Positions 34,201-49,200 of a stretch of DNA of 64,000 nt are shown here, piece by piece (position 1 is the first letter of the stretch; each line of letters starts with the position of its first letter). Source of the stretch: Leptogorgia sarmentosa (lineage: Eukaryota). Under the pieces are notes generated by a model that searched no databases, had not been told where the DNA came from, and saw only the letters and a program-made list of their open reading frames with translations. The DNA is taken from the NCBI GenBank assembly GCA_964658305.1, contig OZ210884.1:434001-498000 (forward strand). The letters are read 5' to 3'. Both the position numbers and the translations under genes were made by a program.

Positions 34201-37200
34201 CAATGTAAACACACTCTGCAACATCGCTAGAGTGTGATTTTTGGCATTTGAAGAGTTTTAAAATTTCAAACGTTATTCAAATTCATGATGATTTTTGACA
34301 CATTTTCCAACTTCGTATGAACAAATCAAAATCATTATTATCAATATAAACACACTCTGCAGCATCACTGGAGGGAGATTTTTAGCATCTGAAGAGTTTT
34401 AAAATTTCAAACATTAGTCAAAATCATGATCATTTTCGACACATTTTCCAACTTCGTACGAACAAATCAAAATCATTGTTATCAATGTAAACACACTCTG
34501 CAACATCGCTAGAGTGTGATTTTTTGCATTTGAAGAGTTTAAAATTTCAAACTTTAGTCAAATTCATGATCATTTTTGACAAATTTTCCAACTTCGTATG
34601 AACAAATCAAAATCATTATTATCAATGTAAACAAACTCTGCAGCATCACTAGAGGGAGATTTTTAGCATCTGATGAGTTTTAAAATTTCAAACATTAGTC
34701 AAATTCATGATCATTTTTGACACATTTTCCAACTTCGTATGAACAAATCAAAATCATTATTATCAATGTAAACACACTCTGCAGCATCACTGGAGGGAGA
34801 TTTTTAGCATCTGAAGAGTTTTAAAATTTCAAACATTAGTCAAAATCATGATCATTTTCGACACATTTTCCAACTTCGTACGAACAAATCAAAATCATTG
34901 TTATCAATGTAAACACACTCTTCAACATCGCTAGAGTGTGATTTTTGGCATTTGAAGAGTTTTAAAATTTCAAACTTTAGTCAAATTCATGATCATTTTT
35001 GACAAATTTTCCAACTTCGTATGAACAAATCAAAATCATTATTATCAATGTAAACACACTCTGCAGCATGACTGAAGGGAGATTTTTAGCATTTGAAGAG
35101 TTTTAAAATTTCAAACATTAGTCAAAATCATGATCATTTTCGACACATTTTCCAACTTCGTATGAACAAATCAAAATCATTATTATCAACGCAAACACAC
35201 TCTGCAGCATCACTGGAGGGAGATTTTTAGCATCTGAAGAGTTTTAAAATTTCAAACATTAGTCAAAATCATGATCATTTTCGATACATTTTCCAACTTC
35301 GTACAAACAAATCGAAATCATTGTTATCAATGTAAACACACTCTGCAACATCGCTAGAGTGTGATTTTTGGCATTTGAAGAGTTTTAAAATTTCAAACAT
35401 TAGTCAAAATCATGATCATTTTCGACACATTTTCCAACTTCGTACGAACAAATCAAAATCATTATTATCAATGTAAACACACTCTGCAGCATCACTGGAG
35501 GGAGATTTTTAGCATCTGAAGAGTTTTAAAATTTCAAACATTAGTCAAAATCTTGATCATTTTCGACACATTTTCCAACTTCGTACGAACAAATCAAAAT
35601 CATTGTTATCAATGTAAACACACTCTGCAGCATCACTGGAGGGAGATTTTTAGCATCTGAAGAGTTTTAAAATTTCAAACATTAGTCAAAATCATGATCA
35701 TTTTCGACACATTTTCCAACTTCGTACGAACAAATCAAAATCATTGTTATCAATGTAAACACACTCTGCAACATCGCTATAGTGTGATTTTTGGCATTTG
35801 AAGAGTTTTAAAATTTCAAACTTTAGTCAAATTCATGATGATTTTTGACAAATTTTCCAACTTCGTATGAACAAATCAAAATCATTATTATCAATGTAAA
35901 CACACTCTGCAGCATCACTGGAGGGAGATTTTTAGCATCTGAAGAGTTTTAAAATTTCAAACATTAGTCAAAATCATGATCATTTTCCACACATTTTCCA
36001 ACTTCGTACGAACAAATCAAAATCATTGTTATCAATGTAAACACACTCTGCAGCATCACTGGAGGGAGATTTTTAGCATCTGAAGAATTTTAAAATTTCA
36101 AACATTAGTCAAAATCATGATCATTTTCGACACATTTTCCAACTTCGTACGAACAAATCAAAATCATTGTTATCAATGTAAACACACTATGCAGCATCAC
36201 TGGAGGGAGATTTTTAGCATCTGAAGAGTTTTAAAATTTCAAACATCAGTCAAAATCATGATCATTTTCGACACATTTTCCAACTTCGTACGAACAAATC
36301 AAAATCATTGTTATCAATGTAAACACACTCTGCAGCATCACTGGAGGGAGATTTTTAGCATCTGAAGAGTTTTAAAATTTCAAACATTAGTCAAAATCAT
36401 GATCATTTTCGACACATTTTCCAACTTCGTACGAACAAATCAAAATCATTGTTATCAATGTAAACACACTCTGCAGCATCACTGGAGGGAGATTTTTAGC
36501 ATCTGAAGAGTTTTAAAATTTCAAACATTAGTCAAAATCATGATCATTTTCGATACATTTTCCAACTTCGTACAAACAAATCGAAATCATTGTTATCAAT
36601 GTAAACACACTCTGCAACATCGCTAGAGTGTGATTTTTGGCATTTGAAGAGTTTTAAAATTTCAAACATTAGTCAAAATCATGATCATTTTCGACACATT
36701 TTCCAACTTCGTACGAACAAATCAAAATCATTATTATCAATGTAAACACACTCTGCAGCATCACTGGAGGGAGATTTTTAGCATCTGAAGAGTTTTAAAA
36801 TTTCAAACATTAGTCAAAATCTTGATCATTTTCGACACATTTTCCAACTTCGTACGAACAAATCAAAATCATTGTTATCAATGTAAACACACTCTGCAGC
36901 ATCACTGGAGGGAGATTTTTAGCATCTGAAGAGTTTTAAAATTTCAAACATTAGTCAAAATCATGATCATTTTCGACACATTTTCCAACTTCGTACGAAC
37001 AAATCAAAATCATTGTTATCAATGTAAACACACTCTGCAACATTGCTAGAGTGTGATTTTTGGCATTTGAAGAGTTTTAAAATTTCAAACTTTAGTCAAA
37101 TTCATGATGATTTTTGACAAATTTTCCAACTTCGTATGAACAAATCAAAATCATTATTATCAATGTAAACACACTCTGCAGCATCACTGGAGGGAGATTT

Positions 37201-40200
37201 TTAGCATCTGAAGAGTTTTAAAATTTCAAACATTAGTCAAAATCATGATCATTTTCCACACATTTTCCAACTTCGTACGAACAAATCAAAATCATTGTTA
37301 TCAATGTAAACACACTATGCAGCATCACTGGAGGGAGATTTTTAGCATCTGAAGAGTTTTAAAATTTCAAACATTAGTCAAAATCATGATCATTTTCGAC
37401 ACATTTTCCAACTTCGTACGAACAAATCAAAATCATTGTTATCAATGTAAACACACTCTGCAGCATCACTGGAGGGAGATTTTTAGCATCTGAAGAGTTT
37501 TAAAATTTCAAACATAAGTCAAAATCATGATCATTTTCGACACATTTTCCAACTTCGTACGAACAAATCAAAATCATTGTTATCAATGTAAACACACTCT
37601 GCAGCATCACTGGAGGGAGATTTTTAGCATCTGAAGAGTTTTAAAATTTCAAACATTAGTCAAAATCATGATCATTTTCGACACATTTTCCAACTTCGTA
37701 CGAACAAATTAAAATCATTGTTATCAATGTAAACACACTATGCAGCATCACTGGAGGGAGATTTTTAGCATCTGAAGAGTTTTAAAATTTCAAACATTAG
37801 TCAAAATCATGATCATTTTCGACACATTTTCCAACTTCGTACGAACAAATCAAAATCATTGTTATCTATGTAAACACACTCTGCAACATCGCTAGAGTGT
37901 GATTTTTGGCATTTGAAGAGTTTTAAAATTTCAAACTTTATTCAAATTCATGATCATTTTTGACACATTTTCCAACTTCGTATGAACAAATCAAAATCAT
38001 TATTATCAATATAAACACATTCTGCAGCATCACTGGAGGGAGATTTTTAGTATCTGAAGAGTTTTAAAATTTCAAACATTAGTCAAAATCATGATCATTT
38101 TCGACACATTTTACAACTTCGTACGAACAAATCAAAATCATTGTTATCAATGTAAATACACTACGCAGCATCACTGGAGGGAGATTTTTAGCATCTGAAG
38201 AGTTTTAAAATTTCAAACATTAGTCAAAATCATGATCATTTTCGACACATTTTCCAACTTCGTACGAACAAATCAAAATCATTGTTATCAATGTAAACAC
38301 ACTCTGCAACATCGCTAGAGTGTGATTTTTGGCATTTGAAGAGTTTTAAAATTTCAAACTTTATTGAAATTCATGATCATTTTTGACACATTTTCCAACT
38401 TCGTATGAACAAATCAAAATCATTATTATCAATGTAAACATACTCTGCAGCATCACTGGAGGGAGACTTTTAGCATCTGAAGAGGTTTAAAATTTCAAAC
38501 ATTTGTCAAAATCATGATCATTTTCGACACATTTTCCAACTTCGTCCGAACAAATCAAAATCATTATTATCAATGTAAACACACTCTGCAGCATCACTGG
38601 AGGGAGATTTTTAGCATCTGAAGAGTTTTAAAATTTCAAACATTATTCAAAATCATGATCATTTTCGACACATTTTCCAAGTTCGTACTAACAAATCAAA
38701 ATCATTGTTATCAATGTAAACACACTCTGCAACATCGCTAGAGTGTGATTTTTGGCATTTGAAGAGTTTTAAAATTTCAAACTTTATTCAAATTCATGAT
38801 CATTTTTGACACATTTTCCAACTTCGTATGAACAAATCAAAATCATTATTATCAATGTAAACACACTCTGCAGCATCACTGGAGGGAGATTTTTAGCTTC
38901 TGAAGAGTTTTAAAATTTCAAACATTATTCAAAATCATGATCATTTTCGACACATTTTCCAACTTCGTACGAACAAATCAAAATCATTGTTATCAATGTA
39001 AACACACTCTGCAACATCGCTAGAGTGTGATTTTTGGCATTTGAAGAGTTTTAAAATTTCAAACTTTATTCAAATTCATGATCATTTTTGACACATTTTC
39101 CAACTTCGTATGAACAAATCAAAATCATTATTATCAATGTAAACACACTCTGCAGCATCACTTGAGGGAGATTTTTAGCATCTGAAGAGTTTTAAAATTT
39201 CAAACATTATTCAAAATCATGATCATTTTCGACACATTTTCCAACTTCGTACGAACAAATCAAAATCATTGTTATCAATGTAAACACACTCTGCAACATC
39301 GCTAGAGTGTGATTTTTGGCATTTGAAGAGTTTTAAAATTTCAAACTTTATTCAAATTCATGATCATTTTTGACACATTTTCCAACTTCGTATGAACAAA
39401 TCAAATTCATTATTATCAATATAAACACATTCTGCAGCATCACTGGAGGGAGATTTTTAGCATCTGAAGAGTTTTAAAATTTCAAACATTAGTCAAAATC
39501 ATGATCATATTCGACACATTTTCCAACTTCGTACGAACAAATCAAAATCATTGTTATCAATGTAAACACACTCTGCAACATCGCTAGAGTGTGATTTTTT
39601 GCATTTGAAGAGTTTAAAATTTCAAACTTTAGTCAAATTCATGATCATTTTTGACAAATTTTCCAACTTCGTATGAACAAATCAAAATCATTATTATCAC
39701 TGTAAACACACTCTGCAGCATCACTGGAGGGAGATTTTTAGCATCTGAAGAGTTTTAAAATTTCAAACATTAGTCAAAATCATGATCATTTTCCACACAT
39801 TTTCCAACTTCGTACGAACAAATCAAAATCATTGTTATCAATGTAAACACACTCTGCAGCATCACTGGAGGGAGATTTTTAGCATCTGAAGAATTTTAAA
39901 ATTTCAAACATTAGTCAAAATCATGATCATTTTCGACACATTTTCCAACTTCGTACGAACAAATCAAAATCATTGTTATCAATGTAAACACACTATGCAG
40001 CATCACTGGAGGGAGATTTTTAGCATCTGAAGAGTTTTAAAATTTCAAACATTAGTCAAAACCATGATCATTTTCGACACATTTTCCAACTTCGTACGAA
40101 CAAATCAAAATCATTGTTATCAATGTAAACACACTCTGCAGCATCACTGGAGGGAGATTTTTAGCATCTGAAGAGTTTTAAAATTTCAAACATTAGTCAA

Positions 40201-43200
40201 AATCATGATCATTTTCGACACATTTTCCAACTTCGTACGAACAAATCAAAATCATTGTTATCAATGTAAACACACTCTGCAGCATCACTGGAGGGAGATT
40301 TTTAGCATCTGAAGAGTTTTAAAATTTCAAACATTAGTCAAAATCATGATCATTTTCGACACATTTTCCAACTTCGTACGAACAAATCAAAATCATTGTT
40401 ATCAATGTAAACACACTCTGCAACATCGCTAGAGTGTGATTTTTTGCATTTGAAGAGTTTAAAATTTCAAACTTTAGTCAAATTCATGATCATTTTTGAC
40501 AAATTTTCCAACTTCGTATGAACAAATCAAAATCATTATTATCACTGTAAACACACTCTGCACCATCACTGGAGGGAGATTTTTAGCATCTGATGAGTTT
40601 TAAAATTTCAAACATTAGTCAAATTCATGATCATTTTTGACACATTTTCCAACTTCGTATGAACAAATCAAAATCATTATTATCAATGTAAACATACTCT
40701 GCAGCATCACTGGAGGGAGATTTTTAGCATCTAAAGAGTTTTAAAATTTCAAACATTTGTCAAAATCATGATCATTTTCGACACATTTTCCAACTTCGTC
40801 CGAACAAATCAAAATCATTATTATCAATGTAAACACACTCTGCAGCATCACTGGAGGGAGATTTTTAGCATCTGAAGAGTTTTAAAATTTCAAACATTAT
40901 TCAAAATCATGATCATTTTCGACACATTTTCCAACTTCGTACTAACAAATCAAAATCATTGTTATCAATGTAAACACACTCTTCTGCAACATCGCTATAG
41001 TGTGATTTTTGGCATTTGAAGAGTTTTAAAATTTCAAACTTTATTCAAATTCATGATCATTTTTGACACATTTTCCAACTTCGTATGAACAAATCAAAAT
41101 CATTATTATCAATGTAAACATACTCTGCAGCATCACTGGAGGGAGATTTTTAGCATCTGAAGAGTTTTAAAATTTCAAACATTTGTCAAAATCATGATCA
41201 TTTTCGACACATTTTCCAACTTCGTCCGAACAAATCAAAATCATTATTATCAATGTAAACACACTCTGCAGCATCACTGGAGGGAGATTTTTAGCATCTG
41301 AAGAGTTTTAAAATTTCAAACCTTATTCAAAATCATGATCAGTTTCGACACATTTTCCAACTTCGTACTAACAAATCAAAATCATTGTTATCAATGTAAA
41401 CACACTCTGCAACATCGCTAGAGTGTGATTTTTGGCATTTGAAGAGTTTTAAAATTTCAAACTTTATTCAAATTCATGATGATTTTTGACACATTTTCCA
41501 ACTTCGTATGAACAAATCAAAATCATTATTATCAATATAAACACACTCTGCAGCATCACTGGAGGGAGATTTTTAGCATCTGAAGAGTTTTAAAATTTCA
41601 AACATTAGTCAAAATCATGATCATTTTCGACACATTTTCCAACTTCGTACGAACAAATCAAAATCATTGTTATCAATGTAAACACACTCTGCAACATCGC
41701 AAGAGTGTGATTTTTTGCATTTGAAGAGTTTAAAATTTCAAACTTTAGTCAAATTCATGATCATTTTTGACAAATTTTCCAACTTCGTATGAACAAATCA
41801 AAATCATTATTATCAATGTAAACACACTCTGCAGCATCACTAGAGGAAGATTTTTAGCATCTGATGAGTTTTAAAATTTCAAACATTAGTCAAATTCCTG
41901 ATCATTTTTGACACATTTTCCAACTTCGTATGAACAAATCAAAATCATTATTATCAATGTAAACACACTCTGCAGCATCACTGGAGGGAGATTTTTAGCA
42001 TCTGAAGAGTTTTAAAATTTCAAACATTAGTCAAAATCATGATCATTTTCGACACATTTTCCAACTTCGTACGAACAAATCAAAATCATTGTTATCAATG
42101 TAAACACACTACGCAGCATCACTGGAGGGAGATTTTTAGCATCTGAAGAGTTTTAAAATTTCAAACATTAGTCAAAATCATGATCATTTTCGACACATTT
42201 TCCAACTTCGTGCGAACAAATCAAAATCATTGTTATCAATGTAAACACACTCTGCAACATCGCTAGAGTGTGATTTTTGGCATTTGAAGAGTTTTAAAAT
42301 TTCAAACTTTATTGAAATTCATTATCATTTTTGACACATTTTCCAACTTCGTATGAACAAATCAAATTCATTATTATCAATGTAAACATACTCTGCAGCA
42401 TCACTGGAGGGAGATTTTTAGCATCTGAAGAGTTTTAAAATTTCAAACATTTGTCAAAATCATGATCATTTTCGACACATTTTCCAACTTCGTCCGAACA
42501 AATCAAAATCATTATTATCAATGTAAACACACTCTGCAGCATCACTGGAGGGAGATTTTTAGCATCTGAAGAGTTTTAAAATTTCAAACATTATTCAAAA
42601 TCATGATCATTTTCGACACATTTTCCAACTTCGTACTAACAAATCAAAATCATTGTTATCAATGTAAACACACTCTGCAACATCGCTAGAGTCTGATTTT
42701 TGGCATTTGAAGAGTTTTAAAATTTCAAACTTTATTCAAATTCATGATCATTTTTGACACATTTTCCAACTTCGCATGAACAAATCAAAATCAATATTAT
42801 CAATGTAAACATACTCTGCAGCATCACTGGAGGGAGATTTTTAGCATCTGAAGAGTTTTAAAATTTCAAACATTAGTCAAAATCATGACCATTTTCGACA
42901 CATTTTCCAACTTCGTACGAACAAATAAAAATCATTGTTATCAATGTAAACACACTCTGCAACATCGCTAGAGTGTGATTTTTTGCATTTGAAGAGTTTA
43001 AAATTTCAAACTTTAGTCAAATTCATGATCATTTTTGACAAATTTTCCAACTTCGTATGAACAAATCAAAATCATTATTATCAATGTAAACAAACTCTGC
43101 AGCATCACTAGAGGGAGATTTTTAGCATCTGATGAGTTTTAAAATTTCAAACATTTGTCAAAATCATGATCATTTTCGACACATTTTCCAACTTCGTCCG

Positions 43201-46200
43201 AACAAATCAAAATCATTATTATCAATGTAAACACACTCTGCAGCATCACTGGAGGGAGATTTTTAGCATCTGAAGAGTTTTAAAATTTCAAACATTATTC
43301 AAAATCATGATCATTTTCGACACATTTTCCAAGTTCGTACTAACAAATCAAAATCATTGTTATCAATGTAAACACACTCTGCAACATCGCTAGATTGTGA
43401 TTTTTTGCATTTGAAGAGTTTTAAAATTTCAAACGTTATTCAAATTCATGATGATTTTTGACACATTTTCCAACTTCGTATGAACAAATCAAAATCATTA
43501 TTATCAATATAAACACACTCTGCAGCATCACTGGAGGGAGATTTTTAGCATCTGAAGAGTTTTAAAATTTCAAACATTAGTCAAAATCATGATCATTTTC
43601 GACACATTTTCCAACTTCGTACGAACAAATCAAAATCATTGTTATCAATGTAAACACACTCTGCAGCATCACTGGAGGGAGATTTTTAGCATCTGAAGAG
43701 TTTTAAAATTTCAAACATTAGTCAAAATCATGATCATTTTCGACACATTTTCCAACTTCGTACGAACAAATCAAAATCATTGTTATCAATGTAAACACAC
43801 TCTGCAACATCGCTAGAGTGTGATTTTTTGCATTTGAAGAGTTTAAAATTTCAAACTTTAGTCAAATTCATGATCATTTTTGACAAATTTTCCAACTTCG
43901 TATGAACAAATCAAAATCATTATTATCACTGTAAACACACTCTGCACCATCACTGGAGGGAGATTTTTAGCATCTGATGAGTTTTAAAATTTCAAACATT
44001 AGTCAAATTCATGATCATTTTTGACACATTTTCCAACTTCGTATGAACAAATCAAAATCATTATTATCAATGTAAACATACTCTGCAGCATCACTGGAGG
44101 GAGATTTTTAGCATCTAAAGAGTTTTAAAATTTCAAACATTTGTCAAAATCATGATCATTTTCGACACATTTTCCAACTTCGTCCGAACAAATCAAAATC
44201 ATTATTATCAATGTAAACACACTCTGCAGCATCACTGGAGGGAGATTTTTAGCATCTGAAGAGTTTTAAAATTTCAAACATTATTCAAAATCATGATCAT
44301 TTTCGACACATTTTCCAACTTCGTACTAACAAATCAAAATCATTGTTATCAATGTAAACACACTCTTCTGCAACATCGCTATAGTGTGATTTTTGGCATT
44401 TGAAGAGTTTTAAAATTTCAAACATTAGTCAAAATCATGATCATTTTCCACACATTTTCCAACTTCGTACGAACAAATCAAAATCATTGTTATCAATGTA
44501 AACACACTATGCAGCATCACTGGAGGGAGATTTTTAGCATCTGATGAGTTTTAAAATTTCAAACATTAGTCAAATTCATGATCATTTTTGACACATTTTC
44601 CAACTTCGTATGAACAAATCAAAATCATTATTATCAATGTAAACACACTCTGCAGCATCACTGGAGGGAGATTTTTAGCATCTGAAGAGTTTTAAAATTT
44701 CAAACATTAGTCAAAATCATGATCATTTTCGACACATTTTCCAACTTCGTACGAACAAATCAAAATCATTGTTATCAATGTAAACACACTATGCAGCATC
44801 ACTGGTGGGAGATTTTTAGCATCTGAAGAGTTTTAAAATTTCAAACATTAGTCAAAATCATGATCATTTTCGACACATTTTCCAACTTCGTACGAACAAA
44901 TCAAAATCATTGTTATCAATGTAAACACACTCTGCAACATAGCTAGAGTGTGATTTTTGGCATTTGAAGAGTTTTGAAATTTCAAACTTTATTGAAATTC
45001 ATGATCATTTTTGACACATTTTCCAACTTCGTATGAACAAATCAAAATCATTATTATCAATGTAAACACACTCTGCAGCATCACTGGAGGGAGATTTTTA
45101 GCATCTGAAGAGTTTTAAAATTTCAAACATTATTCAAAATCATGATCATTTTCGACACATTTTTCAACTTCGTACGAACAAATCAAAATCATTGTTATCA
45201 ATGTAAACACACTCTGCAACATCGCTATAGTGTGATTTTTGGCATTTAAAGAGTTTTAAAATTTCAAACATTAGTCAAAATCATGATCATTTTCGACACA
45301 TTTTCCAACTTCGTACGAACAAATCAAAATCATTGTTATCAATGTAAACACACTCTGCAACATCGCTAGAGTGTGATTTTTGGCATTTGAAGAGTTTTAA
45401 AATTTCAAACTTTAGTCAAATTCATGATCATTTTTGACACATTTTCCAACTTCGTATGAACAAATCAAAATCATTATTATCAATGTAAACACACTATGCA
45501 GCATCACTGGAGGGAGATTTTTAGCATCTGAAGAGTTTTAAAATTTCAAACATTAGTCAAAATGATGATCATTTTCGACACATTTTCCAACTTCGTACGA
45601 AGAAATCAAAATCATTGTTATCTATGTAAACACACTCTGCAAGAACGCTAGAGTGTGATTTTTGGCATTTGAAGAGTTTTAAAATTTCAAACTTTAGTCA
45701 AATTCATGATCATTTTAGAAACATTTTCCAACTTCGTAAGAACAAATCAAAATCATTATTATCAATATAAACACACTCTGCAGCATCACTGGAGGGAGAT
45801 TTTTAGCATCTGAAGAGTTTTAAAATTTCAAACATTAGTCAAAATCATGATCATTTTCGACACATTTTCCAACTTCGTACGAACAAATCAAAATCATTAT
45901 TATCAATGTAAACACACTATGCAGCATCACTGGAGGGAGATTTTTAGCATCTGAAGAGTTTTAAAATTTCAAACATTAGTCAAAATGATGATCATTTTCG
46001 ACAAATTTTCCAACTTCGTACGAACAAATCAAAATCATTGTTATCTATGTAAACACACTCTGCAACATCGCTAGAGTGTGATTTTTGGCATTTGAAGAGT
46101 TTTAAAATTTCAAACTTTATTGAAATTCATGATCATTTTTGACACATTTTCCAACTTCGTATGAACAAATCAAAATCATTATTATCAATGTAAACATACT

Positions 46201-49200
46201 CTGCAGCATCACTGGAGGGAGATTTTTAGCATCTGAAGAGTTTTAAAATTTCAAACATTAGTCAAAATCATGATCATTTTCGACACATTTTCCAACTTCG
46301 TCCGAACAAATCAAAATCATTATTATCAATGTAAACACACTCTGCAGCATCACTGGAGGGAGATTTTTAGCATCTGAAGAGTTTTAAAATTTCAAACATT
46401 ATTCAAAATCATGATCATTTTCGACACATTTTCCAACTTCGTATGAACAAATCAAAATCATTATTATCAATGTAAACACACTCTGCAGCATCACTGGAGG
46501 GAGATTTTTAGCATCTGAAGAGTTTTAAAATTTCAAACATTAGTCAAAATCATGATCATTTTCGACACATTTTCCAACTTCGTACGAACAAATCAAAATC
46601 ATTGTTATCAATGTAAACACACTATGCAGCATCACTGGAGGGAGATTTTTAGCATCTGAAGAGTTTTAAAATTTCAAACATTAGTCAAAATCATGATCAT
46701 TTTCGACACATTTTCCAACTTCGTACGAACAAATCAAAATCATTGTTATCAATGTAAACACACTCTGCAACATCGCTAGAGTGTGATTTTTGGCATTTGA
46801 AGAGTTTTGAAATTTCAAACTTTATTGAAATTCATGATCATTTTTGACACATTTTCTAACTTCGTATGAACAAATCAAAATCATTATTATCAATGTAAAC
46901 ACACTCTGCAGCATCACTGGAGGGAGATTTTTAGCATCTGAAGAGTTTTAAAATTTCAAACATTAGTCAAAATGATGATCATTTTCGACACATTTTCCAA
47001 CTTCGTACGAAGAAATCAAAATCATTGTTATCTATGTAAACACACTCTGCAAGAACGCTAGAGTGTGATTTTTGGCATTTGAAGAGTTTTAAAATTTCAA
47101 ACTTTAGTCAAATTCATGATCATTTTAGAAACATTTTCCAACTTCGTATGAAGAAATCAAAATCATTATTATCAATATAAACACACTCTGCAGCATCACT
47201 GGAGGGAGATTTTTAGCATCAGAAGAGTTTTAAAATTTCAAACATTAGTCAAAATCATGATCATTTTCGACACATTTTCCAACTTCGTACGAACAAATCA
47301 AAATCATTATTATCAATGTAAACACACTATGCAGCATCACTGGAGGGAGATTTTTAGCATCTGAAGAGTTTTAAAATTTCAAACATTAGTCAAAATGATG
47401 ATCATTTTCGACAAATTTTCCAACTTCGTACGAACAAATCAAAATCATTGTTATCTATGTAAACACACTCTGCAACATCGCTAGAGTGTGATTTTTGGCA
47501 TTTGAAGAGTTTTAATATTTCAAACTTTATTGAAATTCATGATCATTTTTGACACATTTTCCAACTTCGTATGAACAAATCAAAATCATTATTATCAATG
47601 TAAACATACTCTGCAGCATCACTGGAGGGAGATTTTTAGCATCTGAAGAGTTTTAAAATTTCAAACATTAGTCAAAATCATGATCATTTTCGACACATTT
47701 TCCAACTTCGTACGAAGAAATCAAAATCATTGTTATCAATGTAAACACACTCTGCAGCATCACTGGAGGGAGATTTTTAGCATCTGAAGAGTTTTAAAAT
47801 TTCAAACATTAGTCAAAATCATGATCATTTTCGACACATTTTCCAACTTCGTACGAACAAATCAAAATCATTGTTATCAATGTAAACACACTCTGCAACA
47901 TCGCTAGAGTGTGATTTTTGGCATTTGAAGAGTTTTAAAATTTCAAACTTTAGTCAAATTCATGATGATTTTTGACAAATTTTCCAACTTCGTATGAACA
48001 AATCAAAATCATTATTATCAATGTAAACACACTCTGCAGCATCACTGGAGGGAGATTTTTAGCATCTGAAGAGTTTTAAAATTTCAAACATTAGTCAAAA
48101 TCATGATCATTTTCCACACATTTTCCAACTTCGTACGAACAAATCAAAATCATTGTTATCAATGTAAACACACTCTGCAGCATCACTGGAGGGAGATTTT
48201 TAGCATCTGAAGAATTTTAAAATTTCAAACATTAGTCAAAATCATGATCATTTTCGACACATTTTCCAACTTCGTACGAACAAATCAAAATCATTGTTAT
48301 CAATGTAAACACACTATGCAGCATAACTGGAGGGAGATTTTTAGCATCTGAAGAGTTTTAAAATTTCAAACATTAGTCAAAATCATGATCATTTTCGACA
48401 CATTTTCCAACTTCGTACGAACAAATCAAAATCATTGTTATCAATGTAAACACACTCTGCAGCATCACTGGAGGGAGATTTTTAGCATCTGAAGAGTTTT
48501 AAAATTTCAAACATTAGTCAAAATCATGATCATTTTCGACAAATTTTCCAACTTCGTACGAACAAATCAAAATCATTGTTATCTATGTAAACACACTCTG
48601 CAACATCGCTAGAGTGTGATTTTTGGCATTTGAAGAGTTTTAATATTTCAAACTTTATTGAAATTCATGATCATTTTTGACACATTTTCCAACTTCGTAT
48701 GAACAAATCAAAATCATTATTATCAATGTAAACATACTCTGCAGCATCACTGGAGGGAGATTTTTAGCATCTGAAGAGTTTTAAAATTTCAAACATTATT
48801 CAAAATCATGATCATTTTCGACACATTTTCCAACTTCGTACGAAGAAATCAAAATCATTGTTATCAATGTAAACACACTCTGCAGCATCACTGGAGGGAG
48901 ATTTTTAGCATCTGAAGAGTTTTAAAATTTCAAACATTAGTCAAAATCATGATCATTTTCGACACATTTTCCAACTTCGTACGAACAAATCAAAATCATT
49001 GTTATCAATGTAAACACACTCTGCAACATCGCTAGAGTGTGATTTTTGGCATTTGAAGAGTTTTAAAATTTCAAACTTTAGTCAAATTCATGATGATTTT
49101 TGACAAATTTTCCAACTTCGTATGAACAAATCAAAATCATTATTATCAATGTAAACACACTCTGCAGCATCACTGGAGGGAGATTTTTAGCATCTGAAGA

